64,000 nucleotides of DNA from the human T2T-CHM13v2.0 reference genome, Homo sapiens: NCBI RefSeq assembly GCF_009914755.1, contig NC_060927.1; one strand, written 5' to 3'. Shown here one piece after another: positions 26,578 to 40,724 of this stretch; position 1 is the stretch's first letter, and each line of letters opens with the position of its first letter. Below the pieces are notes generated by a model, which did not search any database, was not told the DNA's origin, and saw only the letters and a program-made list of their open reading frames with translations. The position numbers and the translations under genes are program-made.

Positions 26578-28446
26578 AAAAGTTTTATTTTCAATTGACA
26601 ACTCATAATTGTGTATAATGCGATATTTCATTATATGTGTGTATTGTGGAATGATCCAATCAGGCTAATTAACATACCCCTCACTGCAAATATTTATCAC
26701 TTCATTATGGTGAGAACATTTAAAATTCTCTTTTAGCTATTTTGAAATACACATTATTATTAACTTGTAGTCACCATGCTGTGCAATAGATTACCAGAAC
26801 TTACTCCTCCTTTCTAACTGTAATTTTGTCCTCTTTGATCAATGTTTTCCCTTTACCTGTCTCTCCCAAGTTTCTGGTAACTACTATTCAACTCTCTACT
26901 TCTGTGAGCATCCTTTCTGTTGCAGGGGTGTGTGAAAATGTGCAGCCACTCCTCTGCTTGGGAGGGTGAGTTGCTGCCAGTGGTTTCTGTCTTGGCTCCA
27001 TTAGTGGCAGCTATAGGTGGGGAATGTCAGTGGGATCCAGGAATGTGGAGGTGTAGGGGTGTCTGGGCCCCAGGGCAAGATGCTGTGTGGTGGGCACTGG
27101 CTTCTCAAACTGGCATCCTGCTGCAGCTACTTAGGACCTGGGTGTTCCTGGGACTCTTTGTGAGCTCCCTCTCTGGAGTACAGTCTTCAGGCCGTTCTTT
27201 ATGTTACTCAGGGCCTGCAAGGGTCAAGGGGCTTTCCAGTGGCTAGGACTGCAGGAGTCTGCAGTGGGAATATGGACCAGTTGAGGGGGGGGTCTCTCAC
27301 TTACCCTTCACCTGCATTAGAAAGCTTCTCCAGGCTCCCAGCCAATCCCAGCTGAGCAGGCTGACCTGCTTCCCTTTCCTTCCTTGCTCTCAGTGTTTCC
27401 TGTCCCTTGTCAGATGAATTCCAGTGTTCTCTCTCATATAATCTATTTGAAGTATAATTATCTACTTGCTATTTGGTTCTTCTTTGTGGAAGAAGCAAGT
27501 GCTAGATGCATTTAGTCAGCCACCTTGGACTGTTTTGTCCCCTGATAATTCTTTTACCTTATTGAGGAATCCCCATATTGTTTTCCAAAATGGTTGTACT
27601 AATTTACAGTACCACCAATCATCTACAAGGGTTTTCTTTTCTTCAAGTCCTCAACAACACTTAATATCTTTAATCTTTTTATAAATAGCAAATCTAGCAT
27701 ATGTTAGGTGATATCTCATTGTGGTTTTAATTTACATTTCTCTGATGATTAGAGTTGTTGAGCATTTTCTTATATATCTGTTGTCTACTTGTATATCTTC
27801 ATTTGAGAAATGTCTTTTCAGGTCTTTTGCCCATTTTTTAATATGGTTATTTGTTTTATTTTTACTGAGTAGTTTGAGTTCCTTGTATATTTTAGATATT
27901 AGTCCTTTGTCCAATAAATGATTTGCAAATATTTCATCCCAATCTGTGGGTTGTCTCTTCATTCTGTTAATTGTTTCCTTAGCTGTGCAAAAGCTCTTTA
28001 GTTTGATGCAATCCCAGCTGTTTATTTTTGCTTTCATTATATGTGCTTATGGGCTCTTAAGAAATCACAGCCCAGACCAATGTTATGCAGCTTCCCTTCT
28101 ATATTCCCTACTAGTAGTTTTACAATCGCAGATCTTACATTTAAGTCTTTAACCCATTTTGAATTGATTCTTGTATAAGGAGTGGAACAAGAGTCCATTT
28201 TTACTCTTCTGCATGTGGATATCCAGTTTTACCAATGCCTTTCATTGAAGAGATCATCCTTTTCCCATTGTGTGTTCTTTGCACCTTTGTCAAAAGTCAA
28301 TTGACCATAAATGTGTGGGTTTATTTTAGGGCTCTGTATCCTATTTCACTGGTCAATGTGCTGTTTTTGTGCTAGTACCATGCTGTTTTGATTCCTATAG
28401 CTTTGTGATCTATTTTGAAATTCAGTAGTGTGATGCCTCTAGCTTT
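26578..28446 (-). mobile_element. Composite L1MA-type element: 3' UTR 26580-26910, L1 5' UTR segment 26910-27530, ORF2 3' portion 27545-28446
   Basis: The ORF-track peptide [30 protein letters not shown] is L1 ORF2; 3' UTR gtcaccatgctgtgcaataga; 5' terminus tagtcagccaccttgga; flanking 18/20 direct repeat. Confidence 0.85.
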
Positions 28447-29114
28447 AATATTATAATTTTTTGTATGTTATTAGGTTAAGCATTGGATAAACTGTCATAA
28501 ATCATTTAGTCTATTACTTCTGCTGTGAAATTTTGATTGGGTTCATTTTATTTTTTGAGCTTTTATCAATGTATTCCAAAATTCTATTTATTTTTCACTA
28601 TTAAACAAATTATGTTTTTCTATTTTACTCAGGATCTGGGCTCCTCCTCCTTATTCTATTCTCAGATCTTTTTATTGGCATCAGTTGAGGTCTTCAGTGA
28701 TGGCTATCAACTCACTACCTTGTCAAACATGCAAACTTGACTATCTTGTCAAATGTGTGTTGCATAGCTTAAGGGGCAGAGAAAATACAATATAAAGGAT
28801 CTAGAGGAAAAAAACAACTTAATGAGACAACTTAACTGATGTCAGACATACCATGTATGACTATCTTTATAAGAGTTGGGAAAGTACATTATTAGTTTTA
28901 TAAGTTCAATTTTGCATTTATATTGTTTTCTGTATTTGTAGGTGGCCTGTGAATGATTCTTAATGAATATACATGATTATAGATGTATACTATAAGCATT
29001 ATTGGGTAGACCTGATATACCTTTGTCCATTTTGAAAGATCAAGGCAGTGAAAGAGGTATCAATGGTTATTTTATAAGCTCTTTAACTAAACAAGAAAAA
29101 TCTGAACAAAAGTC

Positions 29115-29325
29115 AAGTCAAACTTGCTGAGAATATTTATTGCTGCCAGTTGAGATTAATGAAACATAGAGTGTCTTTGGTAAAGATGAACTGAGGGGAA
29201 TACCACCTCTTTCTTTTGGTGACAAGCTTTTGTTATCCAGCTTCACAGTACTAGGTGGGCATTGGAGTGGATGCCCTTGCCTCTTCTTCTGGGATATCTT
29301 AGTGGTAGTGCCTGCTCCCTAATGA
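29115..29325 (-). other. SPATA16: SPATA16 3' UTR (about 210 nt; 3' end estimated)
   Basis: Runs from the TAG to an estimated cleavage site about 20 nt past AATAAA. Confidence 0.75.
29136..29141 (-). terminator. SPATA16: Polyadenylation signal AATAAA of SPATA16
   Basis: tttatt on the plus strand, followed on the minus strand by a U/GU-rich tract (ttgacttgacttttgttcagatttttcttgttt). Confidence 0.8.
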
Positions 29326-29448
29326 CTACCTTTGCTGAACAGTTTGAAGTCGCTTCATTTTTGTTTTTTGCCTTCGAGCAGTTCTCAGTTTTTTAGTTTT
29401 TAAGAAACTGTCCTCTAATTGGTATAGAAAATCTTCAATTTGTCCAAC
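29326..29448 (-). CDS. SPATA16: SPATA16 terminal exon, coding part (40 codons + TAG)
   Basis: tttatttcttctag|GTTGGACAA...CAGCAAAGGTAG; encodes VGQIEDFLYQLEDSFLKTKKLRTARRQKTKMKRLQTVQQR*. Confidence 0.95.
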   Translation of the reverse strand, partial: VGQIEDFLYQLEDSFLKTKKLRTARRQKTKMKRLQTVQQR

Positions 29449-30706
29449 CTAGAAGAAATAAACAGATGCAACAAGATTTGTTGTTGTTTTCCTGGGTTTT
29501 GTATACTTATAAAAACGGTGAGGTATTTAAAATAAATGGCACATACAAATCCATGTTGGAACAGAACTGGCAGAAACAGAAATGATTACACATAAAAGCC
29601 TTCTTCTGTTTCCATTACAGGTCTCCCTGTTTTACTAACTTAACACAAAGCAGAAGTGCAGGAGTTTGCCTTATCACTTGGTCCAAGGTATTGGGAATGG
29701 AAATGGGGATTACTGTCACCATGCAGTTTTTAATGGTCAGTAAAACCAGGGATTTCAAAGGAAAGTGAATGGTAAAAGATTAATCCATGGCAAGCCTTTT
29801 CTCCATCTCCTTTATCAACAATAAGAGTGAAAACAAACAAACAAACTTACCTCCTTCAAAGCCAGAGATTCTAGCATTTAGATGCTCCTAACCAACATGG
29901 GAGAAAAATGAGTATTTGTATAGTCTTGGCAAGAATCATGTCTCCTTTCAATCAAAATTCTGAAAGAATGCATTTTCTTAAAAAATGCCACACTCCAGGG
30001 AATAAGGTAAAATAATGTTATACACAACAATTCTTGAAAAAGAATTAGTCTTTCTTCAAAGAAAACTTGCAATTATTCAATGGCAGTTGATAGAATGTAG
30101 TATACTGTTTGTCAGAAAAAAACTATAGAATAAAAGTTTACACATATGCTGAATTGATTTCTCATGAAAGTCAGTAGATATACGATTCATACTTAACCCT
30201 GACTCCTAGGACCTGCATATTGTATTAGCCTAACATTACTCACTGAAGAGCTCATTGTCATAAAGTTAACTCAAAGCTAGAGCACTTACTATTCAAGGTA
30301 CATGAACGTATCATCACTTAAGATAAAAGCACTTACAACTTCAATTTTCCAATTTTGAGTTCCACTTTTAAATTGCTTGATTTATCATTCAGAGTAATAT
30401 CCAAAGGATAATTCAGATTGTCAAAAAGAGAATAATAAATGGTAGCACTCATCCATATGTTATGCTTAGGTCTCATATCATACCAGTGACATAAATGGTC
30501 CACTGTTTTTTTTTTTTTAAGAAAACAAGATAAATTATTTATATGAAAACTATTCTTTTTGAAACCCTTGTAAAAACTATTTCAGGTACATTTTTTAAAA
30601 AGCACATTGTTTTTTATGATGTCTGATCATTGCAGGACACATAAAAATAATTTGACAGAATCTTTTTGGATTCCTCCATGAAGTTAATGCATTATTCTAT
30701 GTATTC

Positions 30707-30808
30707 CATATATATATACATATATATATATAATATGTGTATATATATACATATATATATATAATATGTGTATATATATATACACGCACACACATACACA
30801 TATACACT
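30707..30808. repeat. Compound (TA)n/(CA)n microsatellite with a duplicated unit of about 30 bp
   Basis: tatatatacatatatatatataatatgtg occurs twice in tandem. Confidence 0.9.
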
Positions 30809-31219
30809 ATCTGATTTTCACCAAAATAAGACATTAAAAAATTAACATGGAGCACAGTCAGTGCAAATATAATGGATGGCAGCTTACCATTACTTCAATA
30901 GTTGAGTTGATGATTCATTCACATTATTTGTATTGACAATGTATCATTTAAATCAAAGTTCTTTACAATAAGAATATTTGCAATTAGCCCAAATATAATT
31001 TTAAATTACAATTCTAATGCAGCAAAAAGCTTCCTTCAATAAGACAGTGAAATAATTGTTTTTAAATATCCATTAGGTATCTGCTGTCTTTTAAAAACAA
31101 TTGTGTTCATTAAGAGCAGTACTGAGTAATGGGGTTGCATTTTATTTTAAAAAGACAAGAAACACAAGATATGTCACTGGAATAAAAGAATTCCGCTGAA
31201 TTAACTGGGCAGGTCCAGA

Positions 31220-31810
31220 GCACATACTATGTGCGTGCTGTATCTGGCCTGTATGTTCACCTCCTACCTGGCCTGTCTCCCTCCTGTGCTTTAATCCATC
31301 TCATAATGATGCTGGAATGAACTTTTAAACAGATAAATCTGATCTCACATCTTTCCCTTGCTTAATTATATTAAATGGATTTCTAAACCCTTAACATGGT
31401 CTATACACCTCTACACCTGGGTTATCAGGTTTCACTTGTATCTCTGGTGCTGTCTAACATCAATCCATCTGCTTTAGCCATGTGGGACATCTCTCAATTA
31501 TCTGAGCACAGCCATGCATTGTTCTATGCCCCCTCGATCTTCCTAATGGAACATGTCCATTAGAACACTTACATATCCTCTAGATTTCAGGTCAAACATC
31601 AATGCTTCAGGGAAGTCTTCCTTCAGAACCCAGGCCAAGTTGGTTGTCTCAGTAACATTTTTTCATCTCTTTAGATATTGTAATTTTTAAACTTAATTGT
31701 TTATAATGATTTATATAACATCTGTCTTCTCATCTGGACTTTCAGCTCCATAAGGCAGGGACCAGGTCCATGTTGTCCACTATTTCCAAAACCTAGGATA
31801 TTGTAGAACC
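31220..31810 (+). mobile_element. L2 fragment
   Basis: aaatctgatctcacatct...tcagggaagtcttcc...ctggactttcagctccataaggcagggacc. Confidence 0.75.
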
Positions 31811-31999
31811 TCAGTAATCCTACTCCCTGATAAAAGACTTGAAGAGTTTCACAAAACCATGTGTTTTTCCATATTTAAGTCATGCCTGGAATGAGGGATA
31901 TCAGAAGGCATTCTTTTCTTCTATAAATTAAATAAACATTACTTTCTCTTGCCACCATTCTTTTACCATTGTTTAGCTTTGAGACTGTCTTGCCTGCGT

Positions 32000-32205
32000 A
32001 CTTGAAACAGCCAGGAGTAGAAAGGGCACTGGATGAGGAGTCAGTAGGAATGTTGAATTCTGCTCTCGGGTTGGCTTCTAACACTGCTCTGTGACCCCAG
32101 GGAAATTACTTGGCCTTTCTGAACTTCAGTTTTCACCAACAGTTGGTATTAAAAGAGGGTTGGCCTGGATAATTTCCAAAGACACATCTGGTCATAAAAT
32201 TCCAT
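32000..32205 (+). mobile_element. MIR
   Basis: agtagaaagggcactgga...tgtgaccccagggaaattacttggcctttctgaacttcagtttt. Confidence 0.7.
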
Positions 32206-32912
32206 GACTCACACTCACATCAGAGCCAAGTAGTCCAATCCTAAAACTGAGTACTCACATTTTCAAATCAGAGGTTATTCCCTTAGATTACACCATTAGA
32301 TAAATGACATGATATGCAGCAAAGTAAGTCAATTTTAGCTTCTATACTTACTGACGTGTAGGAGAGCTGCAACATGTTTTTTAGAAAAGCTGGTTCTTTA
32401 TTTTCTTTTTTTTATGTCAAGGAAAGAAAAATGCTGGTTAAAGAGAAAATAGATTCATATAACTAGAAGAACAGATTGCAAATGATAGAAATTTCTGTAA
32501 AGCCCTTAGGAAAATAAAACACAAAGAAATATGTAAGTACACAAGAAAGGACACAGTTTTTGAAGCAGAGGCTTTATTAGACTCTCTTTGGTACAGAATC
32601 TACTTGCTTAACTGTATCAGATAGGCTACTTTGTCATTCTGGGTCTAATTTTCCCCGTTGAAAAATGGGCAGATAACTTTTTTTGTGTATATATGCGCCA
32701 ATGCAGACTTGACATTACAGTGATATGGACATTAGACCAAATGAGCTTGTAGAGAATTTTAGGATGTCTGATGATTGAGGGGAATGAAATATCTCAGTAG
32801 GAGGGCAGGTTCTGACCCATCATATGACTGTTGGTCATAACCCATATCAAAGAGTAAGGAAATTGTCATCAGTCAGTTTCTCAACACCTTTTAATTCACA
32901 CTTAAACACTAC

Positions 32913-33371
32913 TATTATGGGTTGAATTGTGTCCCCCTCTAAATTTATATGTTAAAGTCATAACCCCCAGTACTTTAGAATGTGGCCTTATCTGGAGATA
33001 GGGTATTTACGTAGCTAATCAAGTTAAAATGAGGTCCTTAGGGTGGGCCCTAATCCAAAATGACTGGTGTCATTATAAAACAGGGAAATTTGGAGACAGA
33101 TGCACACACAGGAAGAATACCATGTGAAGAGGAAGGCAGAGATTGGGGTGATGCCCCCACAAGCCAAGGTACGATAAAGAATGCCAGCAAATCACCAGAA
33201 ACTAGGGGAGAGGCAGGGAACAGTTTCTTCTGCACAGCCCTCGGAGGGACCCAACCTTGAAGACACTGATTTCAGGCTTTTACGCTCCAGAATTGTGAAA
33301 TAATACATTTCTGTTGTTTAAGCCCCTCAGTTTGTGGTACTTTGCTATGGCAGCCCTAGCATCTGAATATA
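32913..33371 (+). mobile_element. MLT1C solo LTR
   Basis: Full-length match; perfect 5-bp TSD actac. Confidence 0.92.
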
Positions 33372-34408
33372 ACTACTAAGCCATAAAGTGAAGGGAAGAG
33401 CAATTAAGTTATAATTTTCCCCTCAAACATGACTTTGATCCTTTCCAAAATTATCATTTCCCACTGATGTTCCCTACTTGGTTGGTGCCCCCTGGCACAG
33501 GCTTAGTGTATACCTTGGGAACCAGGCTTCTCTCTTGCCACTAATGGCCGTGAGAAGAAGTTGATCTCAAACATGAATGAACAAGTAAATTATACTGAGA
33601 AGGAAGATGCTGGGCTTGAATTTAGGCTTCCTATTAAATTTCATGTAGTCTGAATCAAGGAGAGAGGATTAGGTGTGTTTATATGGGTTTGCTTGCGCAT
33701 GTTCATGCCTTAGGAATTGAGGGCTCAAATAATTTTTTTTTTAATTAAAGCTTTAAAAGTTTTTTTAAAGAAGAAAGTTGAGGAAATAGGAATAAAATTC
33801 ATCAGGAATAAATATCAGGTTTATATGAATGTAGTGGTAGTTACAGAATGGGAATGTGTTTTCAGTGATTAGCAGTTTGGACCAAAATCCTCTCGGCAAA
33901 ACAGACATTTCACTCCACCACAGTGGATTTGATAACATTAGTTTCTTTGCTCTGTTCCAGTTTTATTTCCAGACCAAAAGCTTTTAAATATTTATCATCC
34001 AAAATGGTTTGAATTTTAATTCTTATTAGAATTACAATTGTTTTCAAATAGGCTTGAAATTAATTTCTAAAATAAACTTAAGTTTCTGAAACGGAGTTGT
34101 TTCTACTATTCATAATATAGCAGTTTCCTTTAGCTTTTGGCTAGTATTCAAACAGACAGACAAGCCCCTAAGTTTTTTCTTTTTCATTTAGTGAATTTGG
34201 TATATTATTTAGTATTTTAGTCATAAGAGTGTAACATAAAAATCTGGGGTACCTACCCCTGAGATTTTACAAAACATGCAAAAAAAAAAAGCCAAACTAT
34301 ATCACCAACTCTTGAAAATACCCATAATGATAACACTTTTCAGTATATTTAATATAGAGTTAGAAAACTATTATGAAATTTTGCTATCACATAGTCCAGG
34401 AAACTATG

Positions 34409-34767
34409 TGTTATGGTCTGAATGTCTCTGTCCTCCCAAATTCATATGTTGAAATTCTAACTCCCAAAGTGATAGTATTAGAATGTAAGATCTTTGGGAG
34501 GCGATTAGGTCACAAGAATGGAAATCTCGTGAATGGCATTAGTGCCCTTATGAAAAGAGGCCCAAGGGAACTTGTTTGCTCTGTCCACCATGTGAAGACA
34601 CAGCTAGAATGCACCAACTATGAACCAGAAAAGGGGCCTTCAGTGGACACTGAGTCTGCCACTGCCTTGATTTTCCAGCCTCTGGAATGATGAGAAATAC
34701 ATTTCTGTTGTTCATAAGCTACCCAGGCTATGGCATTTTGTTATAACAGCCTGAACAGGCTAAGGTA
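34409..34767 (+). mobile_element. MLT1A0 solo LTR
   Basis: tgttatggtctgaatg...gctaaggta; TSD ctatg/ccatg. Confidence 0.9.
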
Positions 34768-35111
34768 CCATGTATCATAGTTAAAAAAAAATTAATTTTG
34801 GTAAGATTTATCTGAAGGTTTGAATATATATTATTAAATTAAACTTTTGTGTTGGGATAATTGAGGATTCACACACATCAGTAAAAAGAAACTCAGCAAG
34901 ACTCAGCATATTTTTTACCCAGTGTCCGTCAATGGTAATATCTTGCAAAACTGTAGAATTCTACAGCCAGGATACTGACATTGATACAGTCAAGATACGG
35001 AACAGTTCCATTACCACAAAGATCTCTCATGTTACCTTTTTATAACCATCTGTTTTCCTCCTGGTCCCTAACCTCTTCTTAAGCCCTGACAACCACTAAT
35101 AAACTAATAAG

Positions 35112-35418
35112 TTTTTTTTTCTTGTCTTTTGTTTTTTGAGACAAGAGTCTTGCTGTGTCACCCAAGGCGGAGTGCAGTGGTGTGGTCTTGGCTCACAGTA
35201 ACCTCTGCCTCTTGGATTCAGGTGATTCTCTTGCCTCAGCATCCCGAGTAGCTGGGATTACAGGCATGTGCCACCACAGTAGGCTAATTTTTGTATTTTT
35301 GGTAGAGACAGGGTTTCACCATTTTGCTCAGGCTGGTCTTGAACTCCTGGCCTCAAGTTTTGTGCTTGCGTCAGCCTCCCAAAGTGCTGGGATTAGAAGT
35401 GAGCCACCGTGCCTGGCC
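35112..35418 (-). mobile_element. AluS/J
   Basis: Full dimer with T-rich tail. Confidence 0.95.
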
Positions 35419-35726
35419 ATAGGTTCTTCATTTATATAATTTTGTTATTGCAAGAAGTTTATCTAAATGGAATCATATAGTATATAACTTCACACTTCTA
35501 TGGAGATTTATTCAGGTTGTTGTATCAATAGTTTATTTCTTTTTATCACTAACTAATATTCCATGGTATGAATTTACCAGTTTGTTTAACCATTCATTAG
35601 TTAGATTATTTCCAGTTTGGGGTTATTGTAAAATAAGTTACAATAATTTGGGCTATTGTAAAATAAGTTATAAACATTTGTATACAGGTCTTTGTTTGAA
35701 CGTAAGTCTTTATTTTTCTGGGATAA

Positions 35727-36302
<576 letters not shown>

Positions 36303-39300
36303 AAACTGCCGTATTATTTTCCACAGTGGTTGTACCATTTTACATCCCATTAGTAATGTATGAGTGATCTAATTTCTCTGTGTCCTTACCAGCATTTAGT
36401 ATTGTCATTATTGCTTATTTTAGCCATTTTAATAGGTGTGTAGTGACATCTCATTGTGGTTTTAATTTGCATTTCCCTAATGGCTAGTGATGTTGAACAT
36501 GTTTTAACATGCTCAATTGTCATTCAGTCTGGTAAATGTCTGTTCAAATCTTTGTCATTTTCAAATTGGATCGGCTTTTTTTTTTACTCCTGAATTTTAA
36601 GAGCTCTTTATAGAATCTGTATATAGTCTTTTGTTGGATGTAGGGTTTGCAAGTATTTTCTCTCATGCTGAGCTTTTTTTCATCCTTTTTTATTTTTTTA
36701 ACAGAGTCCTTCCACAGGTAAAGTTTTTAATTTTGATGAAGTCTAATTTATAAACTTTTATGGATTGTGCTTTTGGCGTCAAGTCTGAGAAGTTTGCATA
36801 GACCAAAATCCTGTAGATTTTTTCCTATTCTTTTGTAGAAGTTTTATAGTTTTACATTTTGCATTTAAGTCTATAACCTAATTTGAGTTAATTTTTGTAT
36901 GAAGTGTAAGGATTAGGTCAAGGCTGTGTTTTAGTTTTCTTTTATTTTTGGTCTACAGATGTGTAAATGTTCCAGCATCATTTGTTGAAAATGCTATTTT
37001 TCTTCCACTGAATTGCTTTTACTCCTTTATAAAAACAATCAGTACAGGATATATCGGTTTATTTCTGGGTTCTCTATTCTGTTCCATTGAGCTTTGTGTT
37101 AATCCCTCCATCAGTATACAAATTCTTGATTACTGTAGCCATATAAAAAGTCTTGTATTTCAAATTTGAGAGTTTGATGTCTATATTATGTGAGGTCTTT
37201 CAGTCCATAAACACAGTATATCTCTCCATTTATTTAGATCTTTGATTTCATCACTGTTTTGTAATTTTAGGCATACAATTCATGTAGATGTTTTGCTAGA
37301 TTCACACCAAAGTATTTCATTTATTTGAGCAATTGTAAATAATACTGTCTTAAATTTTAGTGTCCCTGATCATTGCTGTTATATAAAAATACAACTGAGT
37401 TTTGTACATTTGTCTTGTATCTTGCAACCTTGCTGAACTCATTTTTTTGGGGGGATTTTTATGTAGACAATTATGTTATCTGCAAATAGGGAAGGGCAGA
37501 TTTATTTCTTCCTGTTTTACATGCCTTTTCTTTCCTTTTTGTGCCTTAATGCAGTGGTTAGAATTTCCAGCACTATGTTGAATAAGAGTGGTGAAAGCTA
37601 ATATCCTTTCCCTGTTCTTGATTTTAGAGGGAAAGATTTTATTCTTTCACTATTAAGTGTATTTAACTATAGAATTTTTGGAGGTGCTCTTTAACAATTT
37701 GAGGAGGTTCCTCTTTATCCCTAGTTTTCTGAGTATTTTTTAAATCATAAATGAGTGTCAATTTTGTCCAATGCTTTTTCTGCATCAATTGATATAATCT
37801 TGTAATTTTTCTTCTGTAATCTGTTTATATGGTAGATTACACTGATTTTGAAATATTCAAACATTCTTGCATCTATGGGATAAATTCCACTTAGTTATGG
37901 TATATAATTTTTAAACATATTGCTAAATTCTATTTGTTAATGATGTTAAGATTTTTGCCTCTATATTCAAGAGAGATTGGTTTGTAGATTTTTTGCGTAC
38001 TATTTTTGTCCCATTTGGTACTGGGATAATACTAGATTTATAACATGAATTGGGAAGGGTTTGCTACTCTTGTTTTCTCTGAAAGAAATTGTGCAGAATT
38101 GGTGTTAATTCTTTAAATGTGTGGTAGAATCATCCAGTGAAAACGTCTGGGCTTGGAGATGTCTGGGGAGTTTATAATTATGAATAGTTATAGGGTTAAT
38201 GAAACTATTTTATATTGGGTGAGTGGTGGTAGCATGTTTTTTGAGAAATTGGTATATTTATCAAAGTTGTCAAATTTATATATGTAGAATTGTTCTAAGA
38301 TTCTCTTATTATCCTTTTACTGTCTGCAGCATCTGTAGTGATGTTCCATTTCATTCCTGGTATTGGTGATTTGTGTCTTCTCCCTTTTTTATTTGTTAGT
38401 CTTGCTAGATTTTTTTTTTTTAATTTTACTAACCTGTTCAAAGAACCAGCTCCTTGTGGCATTGATTTTCTTTATTTTTCTGTTTTCATTTCCATTGATT
38501 TCTAGTTTAATCCTTATTGTTTTCTTCCTTCTGCTTGCTTTGTTTATTTTGTCCTTCTTTTTCTAGGTTTTTGAACTCGGATTTCAGTTATTGATTTGAG
38601 ATAGCTTCTTCTTTTATAGTGTATGCATTTAGTGCTATACATTTTTCTCTCATTGCTATTTTACCTGTATCCCACAAATTTTGATATATTTTCATTTTTT
38701 TTAGTTCAATATATTCTTACATTTCCTTTGAGACTCCTTTTTTGATCCATGAACTATCCAAGTATTTGCAGATTTTTCTTTTATTGACTTCTAGTTTGAG
38801 TCCATTGCAGTTGTGGAACACATTCTTTATGATTTCAGTTTTTAGAAATTTGTTTAAGTTTGTTATGATCCAGAATAGCATCTATTTTGGTGCATGTTCC
38901 ATGGGCACATAAACGTTGATTAGATTCTGATGCTTGATAGTGTTATTAAGTTATTGCATATTCTTGTTGATTTTCTATTTAGTTGTTCTGTCAATTGTTG
39001 AGAAAGGGAAGTTGAAATCTCCAACTATAACTGTGGACATGTCTATTTTTTCTTTTAGTCCCATCAGTTTTTGCTTCATATATTTTGCAGACCCTCTTGT
39101 TTGTGCATACACTTAGAATCGCTTTGTCTTTTTGGTGGATTAATAATTTTATTGTTATAGAATATCATATCCCTCCCTGTCTCTGGTAACTTTTTTTGCT
39201 TGAAGTCTCCTTTGTCTGATATTAATATAACCACTATTGCTTCCCTTTTGTTAATGTTTACATGATATTTCTTTTTACATTTTTTAACTCTTAAGCTTTC

Positions 39301-40402
39301 TACATCATCATATTTGAAGTGAGTTTGTAGACAGAATATTTGGGTCATATTCTGAAGTCTATTTTGCCAATCTCTGTCTTTTAATTAGTGTATTTAGGCC
39401 ACTTAAATTTAGTGAAATTATTGGTATGTTAGACCTTAGTCTGCCATTTTATTTTTTATTTTCTTTGGTTGTTGCTTGTTTCACTCCCCCTACCTTTTTG
39501 AGGTTAAACATTTTTCAGAATTCCATTTTGACATAACTAGAGTTTTTGATATATCTTTTTGTATGGCTTTTTGAGTATTTGCTCTAGATATTACATGTGT
39601 GTGTACGTAAAATATGTGTGTGTGTTCATTTTAAATTTGAAGTATAGAATCATTGCTTTGTCTCTTCACCCTCTCCCATTTTTAATTACCTTAAATCCTT
39701 TATATAAATTCAGAACTACATTAAACAATGTTATTATTTTTGTTTCCCCCACCAAACATGATGAAGAGGAGAAGAAAAGTGTATTATTTTTAGTCATACT
39801 TTTGCTTACTGTGTTCTCTCAGCCTTTTTGATATTTCTAGGTCTTTCTTTTGATTCCTTTCTATTCAGAAAACTTTCTTAAGCTATTCTTTTTGGGTAGG
39901 TTTTCTGATGATGAATTCTCTCAGTTTTCCTTCATCTGAGAATGTCTTAATTTCTTCCTTATTCCTGAAAGATGTTTGCATTGGGTTGGCAATTCTTTTC
40001 TTTTAGTGCTTGAAAAATATTATGCCACTTACTACTGGCCTCCATAGTTTCTAATGAGAAAGCCATTGTCATTTATTTTTTCATATAGATAATGCATCAT
40101 TTCCCTCTTGCTGCTTTTAAGATGTTTTTGCCTTTAGTCTTCAGAAGTTTGACTATGATGTATCCCGGTATAAATTTCTTTGGGCTTATCCTAGTTGATA
40201 TCCACTCAACTTCTTAAATTTATAATTTTGTCTTTTGCCAAATTTGGGAAGTTTTCAGCCACTATTTCTTTGAGAACTTTTTTCATCCTGCCCACTCTTA
40301 TTCTTACTCTGAAACTCTGATGTCATGAATATTAAATCTGTTATTACAGTCTTACAGATCCCAGAGCCTTTTTTTTACAGTTTATTTTTTCTTTGTTGTT
40401 AA

Positions 40403-40724
<322 letters not shown>

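Noticed and set aside
35616-35670. About 30-bp tandem duplication
   Set aside because: Local slippage duplication inside a decayed L1.
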